Positions 1 through 10,851 of a stretch of 64,000 nt of DNA are shown here, in pieces. The DNA is taken from assembly GCA_965249725.1 (NCBI GenBank), contig CBDFMQ010000002.1, positions 320,001-384,000 on the forward strand, written 5' to 3'. The position numbers and the translations under genes were made by a program. How positions within the stretch are numbered: the first letter of the stretch is position 1; every line of letters starts with the position of its first letter. Under the pieces are notes generated by a model. It did no database searches. It saw only the letters and a list, made by a program, of their open reading frames with translations, and was not told the DNA's origin. The stretch comes from Longimicrobiales bacterium (lineage in GTDB: Bacteria > Gemmatimonadota > Gemmatimonadetes > Longimicrobiales > Gaopeijiaceae).

Positions 1-1
1 C

Positions 2-460
2 TTCGAATTCGACGCCGCCACGCCCAACTCCCTCGCCGTCTCGGTGGAGAACGGCAACCCGCCGGTCACCTGGCAGCAGTTTGGCGAGCTTCCAGCCGGG
101 ATGCACTCACACCGGAATCGCGGAGTGATCCATGGGACACCGCTCGAGATTGGCGTGTACGATGTGACGCTGTGGGCCACGGATGCGATCGGCCTGACGG
201 CATCGGCTCCGCTCAGCATTACGGTGGCACCGCCCAGCTCCGGTCTGCGCGAAATGGCGAACCAGTTCCTCGCGGCCGAGCCGATGGACCCCAACCTCGC
301 GACGTTCCTGGACTACCAGGGGAATCAGGACGAAGACTACGACCTGGGTGACTTTCGGGCCTGGGTCGTAGCCAATCCGGATCATCCCGCGACCCAGCAG
401 ATGCGCGCCACGGATCCCATCGTGGTGCCCCTCTTCCTGCGGCGGGAGGAATCACGATGA
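2..460 (+). CDS. 5'-truncated secreted protein: putative Ig-like (He_PIG-type) domain plus C-terminal Asp-rich motif
   Basis: Frame is open from the window edge. G-x-LP-x-G...G-x-I-x-GTP...G-x-Y-x-V-T-L-x-A-T-D fits a putative Ig domain; ends with LDYQGNQDEDYDLGDF. Confidence 0.6.
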   Translation, partial: FEFDAATPNSLAVSVENGNPPVTWQQFGELPAGMHSHRNRGVIHGTPLEIGVYDVTLWATDAIGLTASAPLSITVAPPSSGLREMANQFLAAEPMDPNLATFLDYQGNQDEDYDLGDFRAWVVANPDHPATQQMRATDPIVVPLFLRREESR

Positions 461-837
461 GGCGGACACTCCTTTCAGCGGTTCTGGCCTGCGTTCTGGT
501 CCTTGCTGCGTGCGATTCGGGCCCCAAGGGCCCCGGGCAACTCACCGGCCGACTGCGCTCAGGCCCCATCCCGGTGGGCGCCATCGTCCTGGAAGTCACG
601 GGAGCGGGAATCACTGGGTTCTCCGGCTCGGGGACGACTCAGGCCTTCTTCGCCGAGAACGCCGCTGGTGCGTTCCGGGTGGTTCTGGTGACTCCTGATG
701 CAGGCGAGATGGACTTCCAGATCAGCGTTCAGGACCTGGAGGCTCCGCTCCCCGCCGTGACTTCGGTCGAGGCTGTCGGGGCCGACAATGGCGCCATCGC
801 CAACCTCACGGGGATCACGGTAGACGTGAAGCCTTGA
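457..837 (+). CDS. Hypothetical lipoprotein, beta-rich
   Basis: Signal peptide with lipobox LAAC; ATGA overlap with the upstream gene; GGAGG RBS upstream. Confidence 0.75.
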   Translation: MRRTLLSAVLACVLVLAACDSGPKGPGQLTGRLRSGPIPVGAIVLEVTGAGITGFSGSGTTQAFFAENAAGAFRVVLVTPDAGEMDFQISVQDLEAPLPAVTSVEAVGADNGAIANLTGITVDVKP

Positions 838-908
838 CCGGCGGCTCGGTGCGCATCGGGAGTGGCAGCCGGCTTGCGCAGTGAGCCCGACGGTCTGACA
901 ATACGCCC

Positions 909-1019
909 ATGACTACATCGACCATTGTCACCATGGTTCTCGTTCTGGGCTTCATCTGGGGCGGCTTCGCGTTCTTCCTTCTCACGGCCGTCCGCAAGGA
1001 GTCCGAGAAGGGCGATTGA
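909..1019 (+). CDS. MetS-family (NSS transporter small subunit-like) 36-aa membrane protein
   Basis: Hand translation MTTSTIVTMVLVLGFIWGGFAFFLLTAVRKESEKGD*: one TM helix with the IWGG signature and a charged tail. Not in the ORF track. Confidence 0.7.
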   Translation: MTTSTIVTMVLVLGFIWGGFAFFLLTAVRKESEKGD

Positions 1020-1154
1020 ACGGGCCTTTCGGGTCACCTCCTCCGCCTTGTGCGCTACCGCCCGATCCGACACCTTTCGCCGCGATGTGCGCTCCGCTTT
1101 TCCCACCGTGGACCGGCCTGTCTTGTAGCGGCCTAAACCCCCTCTGTTCAGCCA

Positions 1155-4100
1155 TTGCCTAGACGTACAGACCTCGACTCCATTCTCATCTTGGGATCCG
1201 GCCCCATCATCATCGGGCAGGCGTGTGAGTTCGACTATTCCGGCACCCAGGCCGTCCGCGCTCTGAAGGAAGAGGGCTACAAGGTCGTGCTGGTGAATTC
1301 GAACCCGGCGACCATCATGACCGACCCGGATCTGGCGCATCGGACCTATATCGAACCGCTGACGCCCGACTGGGTGCAGCGCGTGATCGAGCGCGAAAAG
1401 CCCGACGCACTCCTGCCGACGATGGGCGGACAGACGGCGCTGAACATCGCCATGGATCTGGACGAATCGGGCGTGCTCGAGGAGCACGGCGTCGAGCTCA
1501 TCGGAGCCAACGCCCGCTCCATTCGTATGGCAGAGGACCGAGAAGAGTTCGCGGCCGCGATGAGGCGTATCGGCCTCGATCTACCTCACGGAGGCTTCGC
1601 CCGCACGATGGACGAGGCCATGGTGATCGGTGAGGACGTCGGATACCCGGCGATCATCCGACCGAGCTTCACTATGGGGGGCACGGGCGGGGGCATCGCC
1701 TATAACCTCGATGAGTTCGTGGCGGCGGTCCGTCGAGGCCTCGACGCCTCGCATATAACCGAGGTGCTCATCGATCGCAGCGTAATCGGTTGGAAGGAGT
1801 ACGAGCTCGAGGTCGTTCGGGACGCGTCGGACAACGTGATCATCGTCTGTTCGATCGAGAACTTCGATCCGATGGGGGTCCACACCGGCGACTCCATTAC
1901 CGTAGCTCCGGTCCAGACACTCACCGATGTCGAGTACCAGCTCATGCGCGACGCGGCGATCGCGATCATCCGCGAGATCGGTGTGGAGGCGGGGGGCTGC
2001 AACATCCAGTTCGCGCTGGATCCCGACAGCGGCGAGATGCTCATCGTGGAGATGAACCCGCGCGTGTCGCGGTCGTCGGCTTTGGCGTCCAAAGCTACCG
2101 GGTTCCCGATCGCCCGAGTCGGCGCGAAGCTCGCCGTGGGCTACCTCCTGAACGAGCTGCCCAACGACATCACCAAGACCACACCGGCGTCCTTCGAGCC
2201 CACGCTCGATTATGTCGTTGTGAAGTTCCCCAGGTTCGCGTTCGAGAAGTTCCCCGAGGTGAATCCGATCCTGGGTATTCAGATGAAGGCCGTGGGGGAG
2301 ACCATGGCCATCGGACGTACGTTTCGCTCCGCCTGGCAGAAGGGGATCCGGGGTCTGGAGACCGGCCGCATCGGGTGGGTGACGGGAGCTCGTCTCGAGG
2401 ACGACGGACTCGAGTCGGTCGAGACCGAGGCCCTCCTCGCGGCACTCCGACGGCCTACATCGGAACGCCACTTCCAGCTCAAGTACGCCCTCGAAGACGT
2501 CGGTGACGAGTCGGGCCTGAGCATCGAGGACATCCGGCAGGCGACCGGTATCGATCCCTGGTTCCTCTATCAGCTCCTGGAGATCATCAAGGACGAGCGG
2601 TGGTACGCATCGCTCGACAACGTCGGCCCGGATGAGCTCCGCTTGATGAAGCGAAACGGCTTCTCGGACGGACAGCTCGCGGCTCTCCGAGGCGAGGATG
2701 AATCAGCGGTCCGCAGCCAGCGTTGGGAGTGGGACATCCGGCCGACCTACAACGTCGTCGATACGTGCGCAGGGGAGTTCCCGGCCGAGACGCCCTACTA
2801 TTACTCCTCCTACGAGGAGGAGGACGAATCGGCACCTTCGGATCGCGAGAAGATCATCATTCTCGGGAGCGGTCCCAACCGGATCGGACAGGGAATCGAG
2901 TTCGATTACTGCTGTGTCCAGGCGGTGTTGGCTCTTCGAGACGCCGGGTACGAGACCATCATGATCAACTCGAATCCGGAGACGGTCTCCACCGACTTCG
3001 ACGTGAGCGACAAGCTCTACTTCGAGCCCCTGACCTTCGAGGACGTTCTCGAGATCGTGGAGCGCGAAAAGCCGTTGGGGGTCATCGTGCAGCTCGGTGG
3101 GCAGACACCCCTCAACCTCGCCCATCCTCTGCAGGAGGCGGGAGTACCCATCCTGGGCACTTCCGTGGACGCGATCGACCGGGCCGAAGATCGAAGCCGT
3201 TTCGAGAAGGTCTGCCGGATTGTCGAGGCCACGGTACCCGAGAACGGCATGGCGACCAGCGAGGAAGAGGCGTTGGCGATTGCCGAGGACATCGGGTACC
3301 CGGTGTTGGTGCGTCCCAGCTATGTGCTCGGTGGGCGTGCCATGGAGATCGTGTACGACGCGCACTCCATGATGGGCTACTTCGAGCGGGCGGTGCGAGC
3401 GTCTCCGGATCATCCCGTTTTGGTGGACCGCTTCATCGAAGATGCCTTCGAAGCGGACGTCGACGCCCTGTGTGACGGCACCGATGTGGTCATCGGCGGG
3501 ATCATGCAGCACATCGAGGACGCAGGCGTCCACTCGGGAGACTCGTCCTGCGTACTGCCGCCTTACCTGCTCGGGGCCGACGAGCTCGCGGAGATCAAGG
3601 AAAAGACGCGCAAGTTCGCTCTCGAACTCGGCGTCGTGGGGCTCCTCAACATCCAATACGCCATCCGCGACGGGGTCGTCTACGTCTTGGAGGTCAATCC
3701 GCGGGCTTCTCGCACGGTGCCGTTCGTCAGCAAGGCCACCGGTGTGCCGCTGGCTCGCCTGGCGGCACGGATCATGGCAGGAGAGAAGATCGCCGATCTG
3801 GATATCCCGGAGGAGCCGCCGGTCGCGGGCGTCGCGGTGAAGGAGGCGGTGTTCCCGTTCGACCGATTCGACGTCGACATCCTCCTGGGCCCGGAGATGC
3901 GATCCACCGGTGAGGTGATGGGCTTCGACGACTCCTTCGGGATGGCCATCGCAAAGGCACAGGCCGCCTCCTATAACCTGCTGCCGGTCAAAGGCGGGAC
4001 GCTCGTCGTGACCGTCAACGATCGAGACAAAGCGACCGTCACTCCGATCCTGCGGCGCCTTCACGATCTCGGGTTCGTGATCTGGGCCACAAAGGGCACG

Positions 4101-4424
4101 CATCAGCACCTGGCGCGCCTGGGGATTCCGTCGGAGCAGGTCTTCAAGGTCGGAGAGGGCCGGCCGGACATCGTCGACCGGATCGTCTCGGGCAAGGTGG
4201 ACCTGCTCATCAACACGCCGCTCGGCAAGAAGTCTCAGTACGACGACTACGCCATGAGGCGAGCCGCCATCACACACAAGGTCCCCTACTTCACGACCAT
4301 GTCGGCGACGAGCGCTGCGTGTGATGCGCTGATAGCATTGCGTTCGCGCGCGTACACGGTGAGAACGGTGCAGGAGCGCATCGCCGACGCTCAGGAGCGT
4401 GCGGTCGTGGGCGCCGGTGACTGA
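1155..4424 (+). CDS. carB: Carbamoyl-phosphate synthase large subunit
   Basis: MPRRTD...[17 protein letters not shown], duplicated ATP-grasp halves ([17 protein letters not shown]), C-terminal MGS domain; 1089 aa. Confidence 0.98.
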   Translation: MPRRTDLDSILILGSGPIIIGQACEFDYSGTQAVRALKEEGYKVVLVNSNPATIMTDPDLAHRTYIEPLTPDWVQRVIEREKPDALLPTMGGQTALNIAMDLDESGVLEEHGVELIGANARSIRMAEDREEFAAAMRRIGLDLPHGGFARTMDEAMVIGEDVGYPAIIRPSFTMGGTGGGIAYNLDEFVAAVRRGLDASHITEVLIDRSVIGWKEYELEVVRDASDNVIIVCSIENFDPMGVHTGDSITVAPVQTLTDVEYQLMRDAAIAIIREIGVEAGGCNIQFALDPDSGEMLIVEMNPRVSRSSALASKATGFPIARVGAKLAVGYLLNELPNDITKTTPASFEPTLDYVVVKFPRFAFEKFPEVNPILGIQMKAVGETMAIGRTFRSAWQKGIRGLETGRIGWVTGARLEDDGLESVETEALLAALRRPTSERHFQLKYALEDVGDESGLSIEDIRQATGIDPWFLYQLLEIIKDERWYASLDNVGPDELRLMKRNGFSDGQLAALRGEDESAVRSQRWEWDIRPTYNVVDTCAGEFPAETPYYYSSYEEEDESAPSDREKIIILGSGPNRIGQGIEFDYCCVQAVLALRDAGYETIMINSNPETVSTDFDVSDKLYFEPLTFEDVLEIVEREKPLGVIVQLGGQTPLNLAHPLQEAGVPILGTSVDAIDRAEDRSRFEKVCRIVEATVPENGMATSEEEALAIAEDIGYPVLVRPSYVLGGRAMEIVYDAHSMMGYFERAVRASPDHPVLVDRFIEDAFEADVDALCDGTDVVIGGIMQHIEDAGVHSGDSSCVLPPYLLGADELAEIKEKTRKFALELGVVGLLNIQYAIRDGVVYVLEVNPRASRTVPFVSKATGVPLARLAARIMAGEKIADLDIPEEPPVAGVAVKEAVFPFDRFDVDILLGPEMRSTGEVMGFDDSFGMAIAKAQAASYNLLPVKGGTLVVTVNDRDKATVTPILRRLHDLGFVIWATKGTHQHLARLGIPSEQVFKVGEGRPDIVDRIVSGKVDLLINTPLGKKSQYDDYAMRRAAITHKVPYFTTMSATSAACDALIALRSRAYTVRTVQERIADAQERAVVGAGD

Positions 4425-5391
4425 CCCTCCTCCGGTAGGCTTTCTCCTCCACCCGGCGTCCCCCCTTCACGATACCGGGTGGGGACACCCCGAACACCAG
4501 GGCCGCCTCCGGTCGCTTGCTTCTGCGGTCGGAAAGGACCTGCTCGCGCTTCACGACAAGGTCGTCCAAGTCGAATCAGGTGAGGTGGCGGAAGAGGATC
4601 TGATGCGGGTGCACTCGGCGGCCCACCTGGCGCTGGTTCGTGAAGCGGCCGAGAGGGCCGAACGCGAGGACGCGCTGATCCGGCTCGACCCCGACACCGT
4701 GGTCTCTCCGGCCTCATGGCGGGCGGCGGTTGGCTCGTCGGGTGCCCTTATCACTGCGGTGGAGGCCGTGGCGGACCGGACTCTCGCGTCGGCCTTCGTG
4801 GCTACGCGACCTCCCGGACATCACGCGACTCCGGATCGCGCCATGGGGTTTTGCCTCGTCAACCACGTCGCGGTAGCCGCAAGGTGGCTTCAAGCGACCG
4901 GGCGAGCGGAGCGCGTGCTCATCGTCGATTGGGACGTACACCATGGGAACGGCACCCAGGACGTGTTCTTCGACGACGGCACCGTCTTCTACATGTCGCT
5001 GCACCAATGGCCCCACTATCCCGGATCGGGCGCCGCCGCCGAGACCGGCACAGGCGAGGGAGAGGGTTGGACGCTGAACGTGCCTCTGCCGGCCGGCACG
5101 CCGCCCGACGAGTATCGAGGCCACTTCTCCGAGGCGTTGACTCAGGCGTTGGAGGTAAGCCGTCCATGTTTCGTCCTGATCTCGGCGGGTTTCGATGTCA
5201 TGGCCGGGGACCCGTTGGGGGGCATGTTGTTGGAGCCGGAGGATCTCCACGCGCTGACCCGCGAAGTCATGCATCGGGTCCAAGATGGTGCCGGCATCGT
5301 GGCGGCATTGGAGGGTGGGTACGACCCCAGACGAACCGGCCTGGGCACGGCTGCCGTGCTCAGGGCGCTTGCCGGCATCGATCTGGAGTGA
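4417..5391 (+). CDS. Histone deacetylase family (AcuC/AphA-like) amidohydrolase
   Basis: [29 protein letters not shown] and LEGGY motifs; GTG start overlapping the carB end was chosen. Confidence 0.93.
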   Translation: MTDPPPVGFLLHPASPLHDTGWGHPEHQGRLRSLASAVGKDLLALHDKVVQVESGEVAEEDLMRVHSAAHLALVREAAERAEREDALIRLDPDTVVSPASWRAAVGSSGALITAVEAVADRTLASAFVATRPPGHHATPDRAMGFCLVNHVAVAARWLQATGRAERVLIVDWDVHHGNGTQDVFFDDGTVFYMSLHQWPHYPGSGAAAETGTGEGEGWTLNVPLPAGTPPDEYRGHFSEALTQALEVSRPCFVLISAGFDVMAGDPLGGMLLEPEDLHALTREVMHRVQDGAGIVAALEGGYDPRRTGLGTAAVLRALAGIDLE

Positions 5392-5493
5392 CCATCATGC
5401 GGATGGCTCCTTCATACCCCCACGGGGGTAGTTGATGGGACTCGCGGATGCTAGAATCCAGGCTCAGATACCCGACCAGGTGAAGGCTTTGCG

Positions 5494-6009
5494 ATGCTGA
5501 GAAGGCTCCAGATCTTCGGTCTCGTGGTGACCGCTGCACTCTGCACGTCGTCGGTTCCCTTAGCGGCGCAGGAACGGGACGACGCTCTGAGGAATCCCGT
5601 CGAGCCCCATCCGGTGGCCGATGAGGCCATCGGGCGTCTCAAGTCCCCGTACTGCCCTGGGTTGATGCTCGAGGTGTGTACCTCGTATCAGGGTGCTTTG
5701 CTGAGGGACAGCCTTCAGACCATGGCTCGTGAGGGTGGGAGTACCGACGATCTCGTGGATTGGGTGCTCTCACGTCATGGTGAGGAATACCTGGCCTATC
5801 CGCGGGCCTCGGGTAGGGGACTGTTGGCCTGGCTGGTCCCGCCGGGGGCGCTCCTCCTCGGGATCGTGGTGGTCGTCGTGGCGCTCCGATACATGCGCGA
5901 TCCGACGCGCTTCGACGCGGAGGCCGAGCAGGAGCTGTCCGCCGAGGAAGAGACAAGACTCCGAAAGGCTCTTCGCGAGATGGACGCGGCGGAGGAGCCG
6001 ATCTTCTAG
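5494..6009 (+). CDS. ccmH: Cytochrome c biogenesis CcmH/CycL-like protein
   Basis: Signal peptide, LKSPYCPGLMLEVC where LRCxxC is usual, (Y/H)GE motif, then LLAWLVP and a TM helix. Confidence 0.7.
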   Translation: MLRRLQIFGLVVTAALCTSSVPLAAQERDDALRNPVEPHPVADEAIGRLKSPYCPGLMLEVCTSYQGALLRDSLQTMAREGGSTDDLVDWVLSRHGEEYLAYPRASGRGLLAWLVPPGALLLGIVVVVVALRYMRDPTRFDAEAEQELSAEEETRLRKALREMDAAEEPIF

Positions 6010-6037
6010 GAGCCTTGGACAGGCTTCTAGCGCTCGC

Positions 6038-7036
6038 ATGAGCTCAGACACTTCCCGTCTGGAGCGGGCCGCCTCTGGCGTCCCCTCCATGCTCGATCTC
6101 CTTCATCTGAGTCGGAGACCCCTGTTTCCGCCGGGTGGTGTAGACCTCTACCGGCAGATCGCGCTTCTGACCGAGATGAGGGCTGGCCAAGAGGTTCTCG
6201 TGGTCCCGTCGGGCCTTGCCGTCACCCTCGAGTACTTCGTGGACGAGTACGATGTCCATGGCTCGGGCGTGGAAGACGATCCACGGTTGCTCGAGCGCTC
6301 GGAGGAGCGGCTGCGAGGCCTCGGACTGTTGGATCGAGTCCATGTGCAGCCCGGCGAGATGGACGGCCTGCCCTTCCGTGACGGGATCTTCGACGTGGTC
6401 GTCGCCGAGCTCGAGCTGACCTCTCATGTGGAGCCTGAGGCCGCCGTCGAGGAGCTGGTGAGGGTGGCCAAGCCGGGTGCCGTCGTCGTTGTCGTCCAGC
6501 CCGTTTGGAAGGCCCCCGTAGACCCGGAGCGGCAGGCGGTTCTGGCCGATCATCTCGGGTGCCGACCCTTGATGCTCGTGGAGTGGAAGAAGATCCTGAG
6601 AAGCGCCGGCCTCGAAAACCTCCACACCGAGGATTGGTCGGACGAGGAGACCGCGTTCCGCCCTCAGATCGCAAAGCCGTTCCCCGACTTCGCGGAGCTC
6701 TTCAGCCTGGGCGAGAAGCTGGGGATCCTCCGAAGAGCACGGCACCGGTGGGGGTGGGCCGGCCTGTGGACCGCTATGGCCAGGGAGCGTGAGGTACACA
6801 GGGTCCTCACGCACGAGCGCATCCTGGGGCTCGACTTGGTCAAAGGCGTGAAGGCTGGTGTGGCTCCGCCCGTCGATGCCGCCGGGGCCGATTCAAGAAC
6901 GGGGCAGGCGGTGCCTGAACCGGTTCAGCCCTCCTCCGAATCGGAGGCTGCATCGGAGGGGGACGCCGACCAAGAAGGGGAGCAGGTGACAGGACTCCCG
7001 CTGTTCGGCGACGATACGAAACCAGATGACCGATAA
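6038..7036 (+). CDS. Class I SAM-dependent methyltransferase-like protein (degenerate motif I)
   Basis: PGG N-terminal motif, LPFRDGIFDVV and ELVRVAKPG; ATG 6038 lies after the ccmH stop. Confidence 0.75.
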   Translation: MSSDTSRLERAASGVPSMLDLLHLSRRPLFPPGGVDLYRQIALLTEMRAGQEVLVVPSGLAVTLEYFVDEYDVHGSGVEDDPRLLERSEERLRGLGLLDRVHVQPGEMDGLPFRDGIFDVVVAELELTSHVEPEAAVEELVRVAKPGAVVVVVQPVWKAPVDPERQAVLADHLGCRPLMLVEWKKILRSAGLENLHTEDWSDEETAFRPQIAKPFPDFAELFSLGEKLGILRRARHRWGWAGLWTAMAREREVHRVLTHERILGLDLVKGVKAGVAPPVDAAGADSRTGQAVPEPVQPSSESEAASEGDADQEGEQVTGLPLFGDDTKPDDR

Positions 7037-7060
7037 CCACGGAAAGCGACGGAAGACGAC

Positions 7061-8257
7061 GTGACCAAGATCGCCCCGATGACCGATCCGGAGCAGGTGG
7101 CACGAGTCCAAGAGGCACTGAAGGAAGGCGGCCTGGACGGGTGGCTCTTCTTCGACTTTCGCGGCCAGAACCCCGTGGCGAGCGCCATGGTCGGCTTGGG
7201 CTGGACCACTCGCAGGTCCTTCGCCCTGGTGCCCGCCGAGGGGGACCCGGTCGCTCTGATTCACGCCATCGAGCACTCGTCCTGGCGGCATTGGCCTTGG
7301 GCCAAGAAGGACTACGCCAGTTGGCGAGACATGGAGTCCGAGTTGGCGGAACTGGTGGAGGGGCGGACGCGCCTGGCCATGGAGGTATCCTCTCGTTCGA
7401 GCGTTCCGACCCTCGACAGGATTCCGGCGGGGATGCTGGAGCTGTTCCGGGAGGTCGGCGTCGAGCCGGTGAGTTCGGGAGATCTGGTGTCTACGTTCTA
7501 CTCGGTGTGGTCCGAGGAGCAGCTCCAAGAGCACCGGGCTTCGGCCGAGACCGTGCGGCAGGTCGCGCTCGACGCATTCGCCAGAGCCGCGGACCACGTT
7601 CGCCAGGGCTCTCCTCTTCTCGAGGGACAACTCGGCGCCTGGATTCGATCGGAGCTCACGGACCGGGGCGTCGGGGTCGGTACGGACACCCATGTGGCCA
7701 TCGGTCCCAATGCCGCCGATCCGCACTACGACCCTCGTGATGCCGGAGCGCTTATCGTCGAGGGCGAGGTCCTGCTCATCGACCTGTGGGGGAAGCAGAC
7801 GGAAGGCGGAGTGCCGGCCGACCAGACCTGGATGGGTATCCTGGCGGGCTCGGTGCCCGAGCGGGTGCAGACGATCTGGGAGGCGGTCCGTGGCTCTCGC
7901 GAGGCTGGGATCGAGTTTCTTCGTAGGTGTCACGAGGAGGGGCGCGAGGTGCACGGCTTCGAGGTCGACGACGTATGTCGGGACTTCCTTGTCGAGGCCG
8001 GATACGGCGAGTTCTTCGTCCATCGGACCGGCCACTCGATGGATCTCGAACTGCACGGCAGTGGACCGAACTTGGACAATCTCGAGACGCGCGATAACCG
8101 TTTGCTCGTGCCCGGCGTAGGATTCTCCATCGAGCCCGGTGTCTACCTTCCGGACGACGTGGGAATCCGGAGCGAGATCAACGTGCACTTCGGAGTAGAC
8201 GGGCCGGAGGTCACGCCCCGCGAGCGGCAGGAAGAGATCCTGCTGTTGCTGGACTGA
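7061..8257 (+). CDS. M24 family Xaa-Pro peptidase
   Basis: Metal ligands in IDLWG, ADQT, HRTGH, IEPGVY and RSE; PHY substrate motif. Confidence 0.92.
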   Translation: MTKIAPMTDPEQVARVQEALKEGGLDGWLFFDFRGQNPVASAMVGLGWTTRRSFALVPAEGDPVALIHAIEHSSWRHWPWAKKDYASWRDMESELAELVEGRTRLAMEVSSRSSVPTLDRIPAGMLELFREVGVEPVSSGDLVSTFYSVWSEEQLQEHRASAETVRQVALDAFARAADHVRQGSPLLEGQLGAWIRSELTDRGVGVGTDTHVAIGPNAADPHYDPRDAGALIVEGEVLLIDLWGKQTEGGVPADQTWMGILAGSVPERVQTIWEAVRGSREAGIEFLRRCHEEGREVHGFEVDDVCRDFLVEAGYGEFFVHRTGHSMDLELHGSGPNLDNLETRDNRLLVPGVGFSIEPGVYLPDDVGIRSEINVHFGVDGPEVTPRERQEEILLLLD

Positions 8258-8283
8258 CGGTACCGCTTTCCACTCCGGTCCCG

Positions 8284-10731
8284 GTGAGCTTGTCCTTCCT
8301 TCAGGTGGCGCTGCCACTCCCGCTGGATCACACGTTCACCTATTCGACGTCGGGTCCCGTGCCGGAGCCGGGCACGCGGGTGCTCGTCCCGTTCCGGCGT
8401 GAAGAGCGCATCGGGTTCGTCGTCGGCGCCGGCGACAGTGAGGGCCGCAAGGGCATCAGACCCATACTGGACGTCCTGGACACCGAGCCGGCGGTGCAGC
8501 CGGATCAGCTACGACTGGCCCGCTGGATGGCGGAGTACTACGTGGCGCCACTCGGCATCGCCTTGCGTACGATGCTGCCGGCCGTTCTCTCCGACGCTTC
8601 TCGCGACGTCGTCTCGTTGGCGTCGGTCGAGCCCGGAAAGCTCAAGCCGAGGGAGCGACGGCTCGTCGAGGCGCTGTCGGCCCGAGAGGCACCCTGGAGC
8701 GTACGGGCGCTCCGGAAGGCGCTTGGCATGGGCTCTATCTGGCCGGCGATCCGATCTCTGTCGGGGCGGGGGATCCTCAGTCATGAGACGCTTCCGCCGA
8801 GGGCGCCCCCGATCAAGAAGGAACGGGTCGCCCGGCTCGACCGTTGGATCGAGGACATCGAGGAGCTCGAGACCCTCTTCGGACGTGCACGCCGGCAGGC
8901 CGAAGCCTACCAAGCCCTTTGCGCATCCGGAGGCACGGTGGAGCTGGCTCATCTTACCGGGCAAGCCGGCTTCAGCAGGAGTGTGATCCATGGACTCGAG
9001 GACAAGGGCCTAGTCGTGGTCGAGGATCGTGAAGTGCGACGAGATCCCTTCGCGCAGATCCCCCTGGAGGAGGGGCCCGGACACGAACCCACGGCCCAAC
9101 AGGCGGAGGCGATTCGGACGCTGAAGGAAACCGTCGACGGAGGGCCGTCGGAGCCGTTCCTTCTGCACGGGGTGACGGGGTCGGGCAAGACGCTCGTGTA
9201 CATCGAGCTGCTGAGTCATGTGCTGGCCCAGGGCAGGGGAGCCATCGTTCTGGTGCCGGAGATCTCTCTCACGCCGCAAACCGTGGCCCGCTTCAGGGCT
9301 CGCTTCGGCGACGAGGTCGCGGTGCTCCACTCGGCCCTCTCCGACGGGGAGCGGTACGACGCATGGCGACAGCTGCGAGCCGGGCATCGCCGGATTGCCG
9401 TGGGGGCCCGCTCGGCTCTGTTCGCGCCGGTGGCGGACCTCGGGGTCATCGTCGTAGACGAGGAGCACGACAGTAGCTACAAGCAGTCCGAGGCTCCGCG
9501 GTATCACGCTCGGGACATGGCGGTCGTGCGGGCCTTCCAGCAGGGGGCTCTGTGCGTGCTGGGAAGCGCCACACCTTCCCTCGAGAGCTGGCACAACGTC
9601 AGCCGCGGCAAATTCAGCCGCATCTCTCTTCCGAACCGAGTCGGGGGAGGACGGCTCCCGCCGGTCCGGCTGGTGGACCTTCGGGCGGAGCGCCGGGCCA
9701 AGGGCGCCGATCGGCCGGCACGGAGCGAGGGCGGCGTGGTTCTAACGCCCCCCCTCGTTGAGGCGGTACGTCTCAGGATCGAGCGAGGCGAGCAGACCAT
9801 TCTTCTGCTCAACCGCCGGGGCTATTCATCGTTCGTCCAGTGCCGAGAGTGCGGAGACGTCGAGATTTGCTCCGACTGTTCCATCTCGATGACGTATCAT
9901 CGTGGGACCAATCGCCTCGTGTGCCATCACTGCCGGAGCGAGGCACCGGCGCCCTCGCGGTGTCCACGATGCGGGTCCGACGATCTGTCGTTCCGAGGGC
10001 TCGGGACCGAGCAGGTAGAGAAGGTAGTGTCGGAGACCTTTCCCAGTGCGCGGATCGCGCGCATGGATGTGGACACGACCTCGGGCAAATGGTCCCATCA
10101 CGAGATCCTTGGCCGCGTGGAGCGTGGGGAGGTCGATATCCTCCTCGGCACGCAGATGATCGCCAAGGGCCTCGACTTTCCCCGGGTGACCCTGGTGGGT
10201 GTGGTGAATGCCGACGTAGGAATCCACCTGCCCGACTTCAGGGCGAGCGAGAGGACCTTCCAGCTCCTCAGCCAGGTAGCCGGCCGCGCCGGCCGCGGCG
10301 AACTCGGGGGTGAGGTGCTCGTCCAGACATCTCTCCCCGATCACTATGCGATTCAGTCGGTCCTGGACCACGACTTCGTCGGATTCGCCGTGCGTGAGAT
10401 GGCTGCCAGGAGTGACCCCGCCTATCCCCCGGTAGTACGTCTCGCCAACGTCGTGGTGAGCAGCCCGGATGCCGACCACGCGGCTCGCAACGCCGAGGCG
10501 GCAGCGCGCTGGCTTCGTGGACGCCTCCAGCACTCCTCCTCCGTCGAATTGATCGGACCGGCGCCGTCTCCGATCGAACGCCTGCACCGGCGTTGGCGAT
10601 GGCATTTCATGCTCCGCAGCGGTTCGGCCAAGGCGCTGGGCGACGCATGTCGGACGCTGCAGGCCGGATTCCGTCCCAAGGGTTCCGAGGTACGAATGGC
10701 CATCGACCGGGATCCCACAGCGCTGCTCTGA
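8284..10731 (+). CDS. priA: Primosomal protein N' (replication restart helicase)
   Basis: VLVPF, HGVTGSGKT, VPEISLTPQ, DEEH, GSATPS, eight-Cys zinc region, GTQMIAKGLDFP, IDRDP C-terminus. Confidence 0.97.
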   Translation: MSLSFLQVALPLPLDHTFTYSTSGPVPEPGTRVLVPFRREERIGFVVGAGDSEGRKGIRPILDVLDTEPAVQPDQLRLARWMAEYYVAPLGIALRTMLPAVLSDASRDVVSLASVEPGKLKPRERRLVEALSAREAPWSVRALRKALGMGSIWPAIRSLSGRGILSHETLPPRAPPIKKERVARLDRWIEDIEELETLFGRARRQAEAYQALCASGGTVELAHLTGQAGFSRSVIHGLEDKGLVVVEDREVRRDPFAQIPLEEGPGHEPTAQQAEAIRTLKETVDGGPSEPFLLHGVTGSGKTLVYIELLSHVLAQGRGAIVLVPEISLTPQTVARFRARFGDEVAVLHSALSDGERYDAWRQLRAGHRRIAVGARSALFAPVADLGVIVVDEEHDSSYKQSEAPRYHARDMAVVRAFQQGALCVLGSATPSLESWHNVSRGKFSRISLPNRVGGGRLPPVRLVDLRAERRAKGADRPARSEGGVVLTPPLVEAVRLRIERGEQTILLLNRRGYSSFVQCRECGDVEICSDCSISMTYHRGTNRLVCHHCRSEAPAPSRCPRCGSDDLSFRGLGTEQVEKVVSETFPSARIARMDVDTTSGKWSHHEILGRVERGEVDILLGTQMIAKGLDFPRVTLVGVVNADVGIHLPDFRASERTFQLLSQVAGRAGRGELGGEVLVQTSLPDHYAIQSVLDHDFVGFAVREMAARSDPAYPPVVRLANVVVSSPDADHAARNAEAAARWLRGRLQHSSSVELIGPAPSPIERLHRRWRWHFMLRSGSAKALGDACRTLQAGFRPKGSEVRMAIDRDPTALL

Positions 10732-10827
10732 GCCTCGTCGTCCTCGAGTCCCCCGAGCCCTGGCGGCCGCAGACACTTTCGCGTATCTGTTGGAGTAGGC
10801 AGGAGTTGCCGTCGCTCGGTGGCGTGT

Positions 10828-10851
10828 GTGACATGCGAGATACGGTGTCAC
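10828..10851. promoter_or_regulatory. Inverted repeat GTGACA-N12-TGTCAC, possible operator
   Basis: Perfect 6-bp dyad in the priA-HNH intergenic region. Confidence 0.25.

Noticed and set aside
1581..4277. Long antisense and alternate-frame ORFs (e.g. 2703-4277, 6893-8317, 33267-34661, 41826-43061)
   Set aside because: Shadow ORFs of well-supported genes in GC-rich DNA; no protein motifs.
5729..6037. Upstream extensions given by the ORF track (also starts at 17836, 21380, 21949, 25813, 41922, 51337, 53590)
   Set aside because: They overlap neighbouring genes or regulatory DNA; downstream starts fit domain boundaries and translational coupling better.
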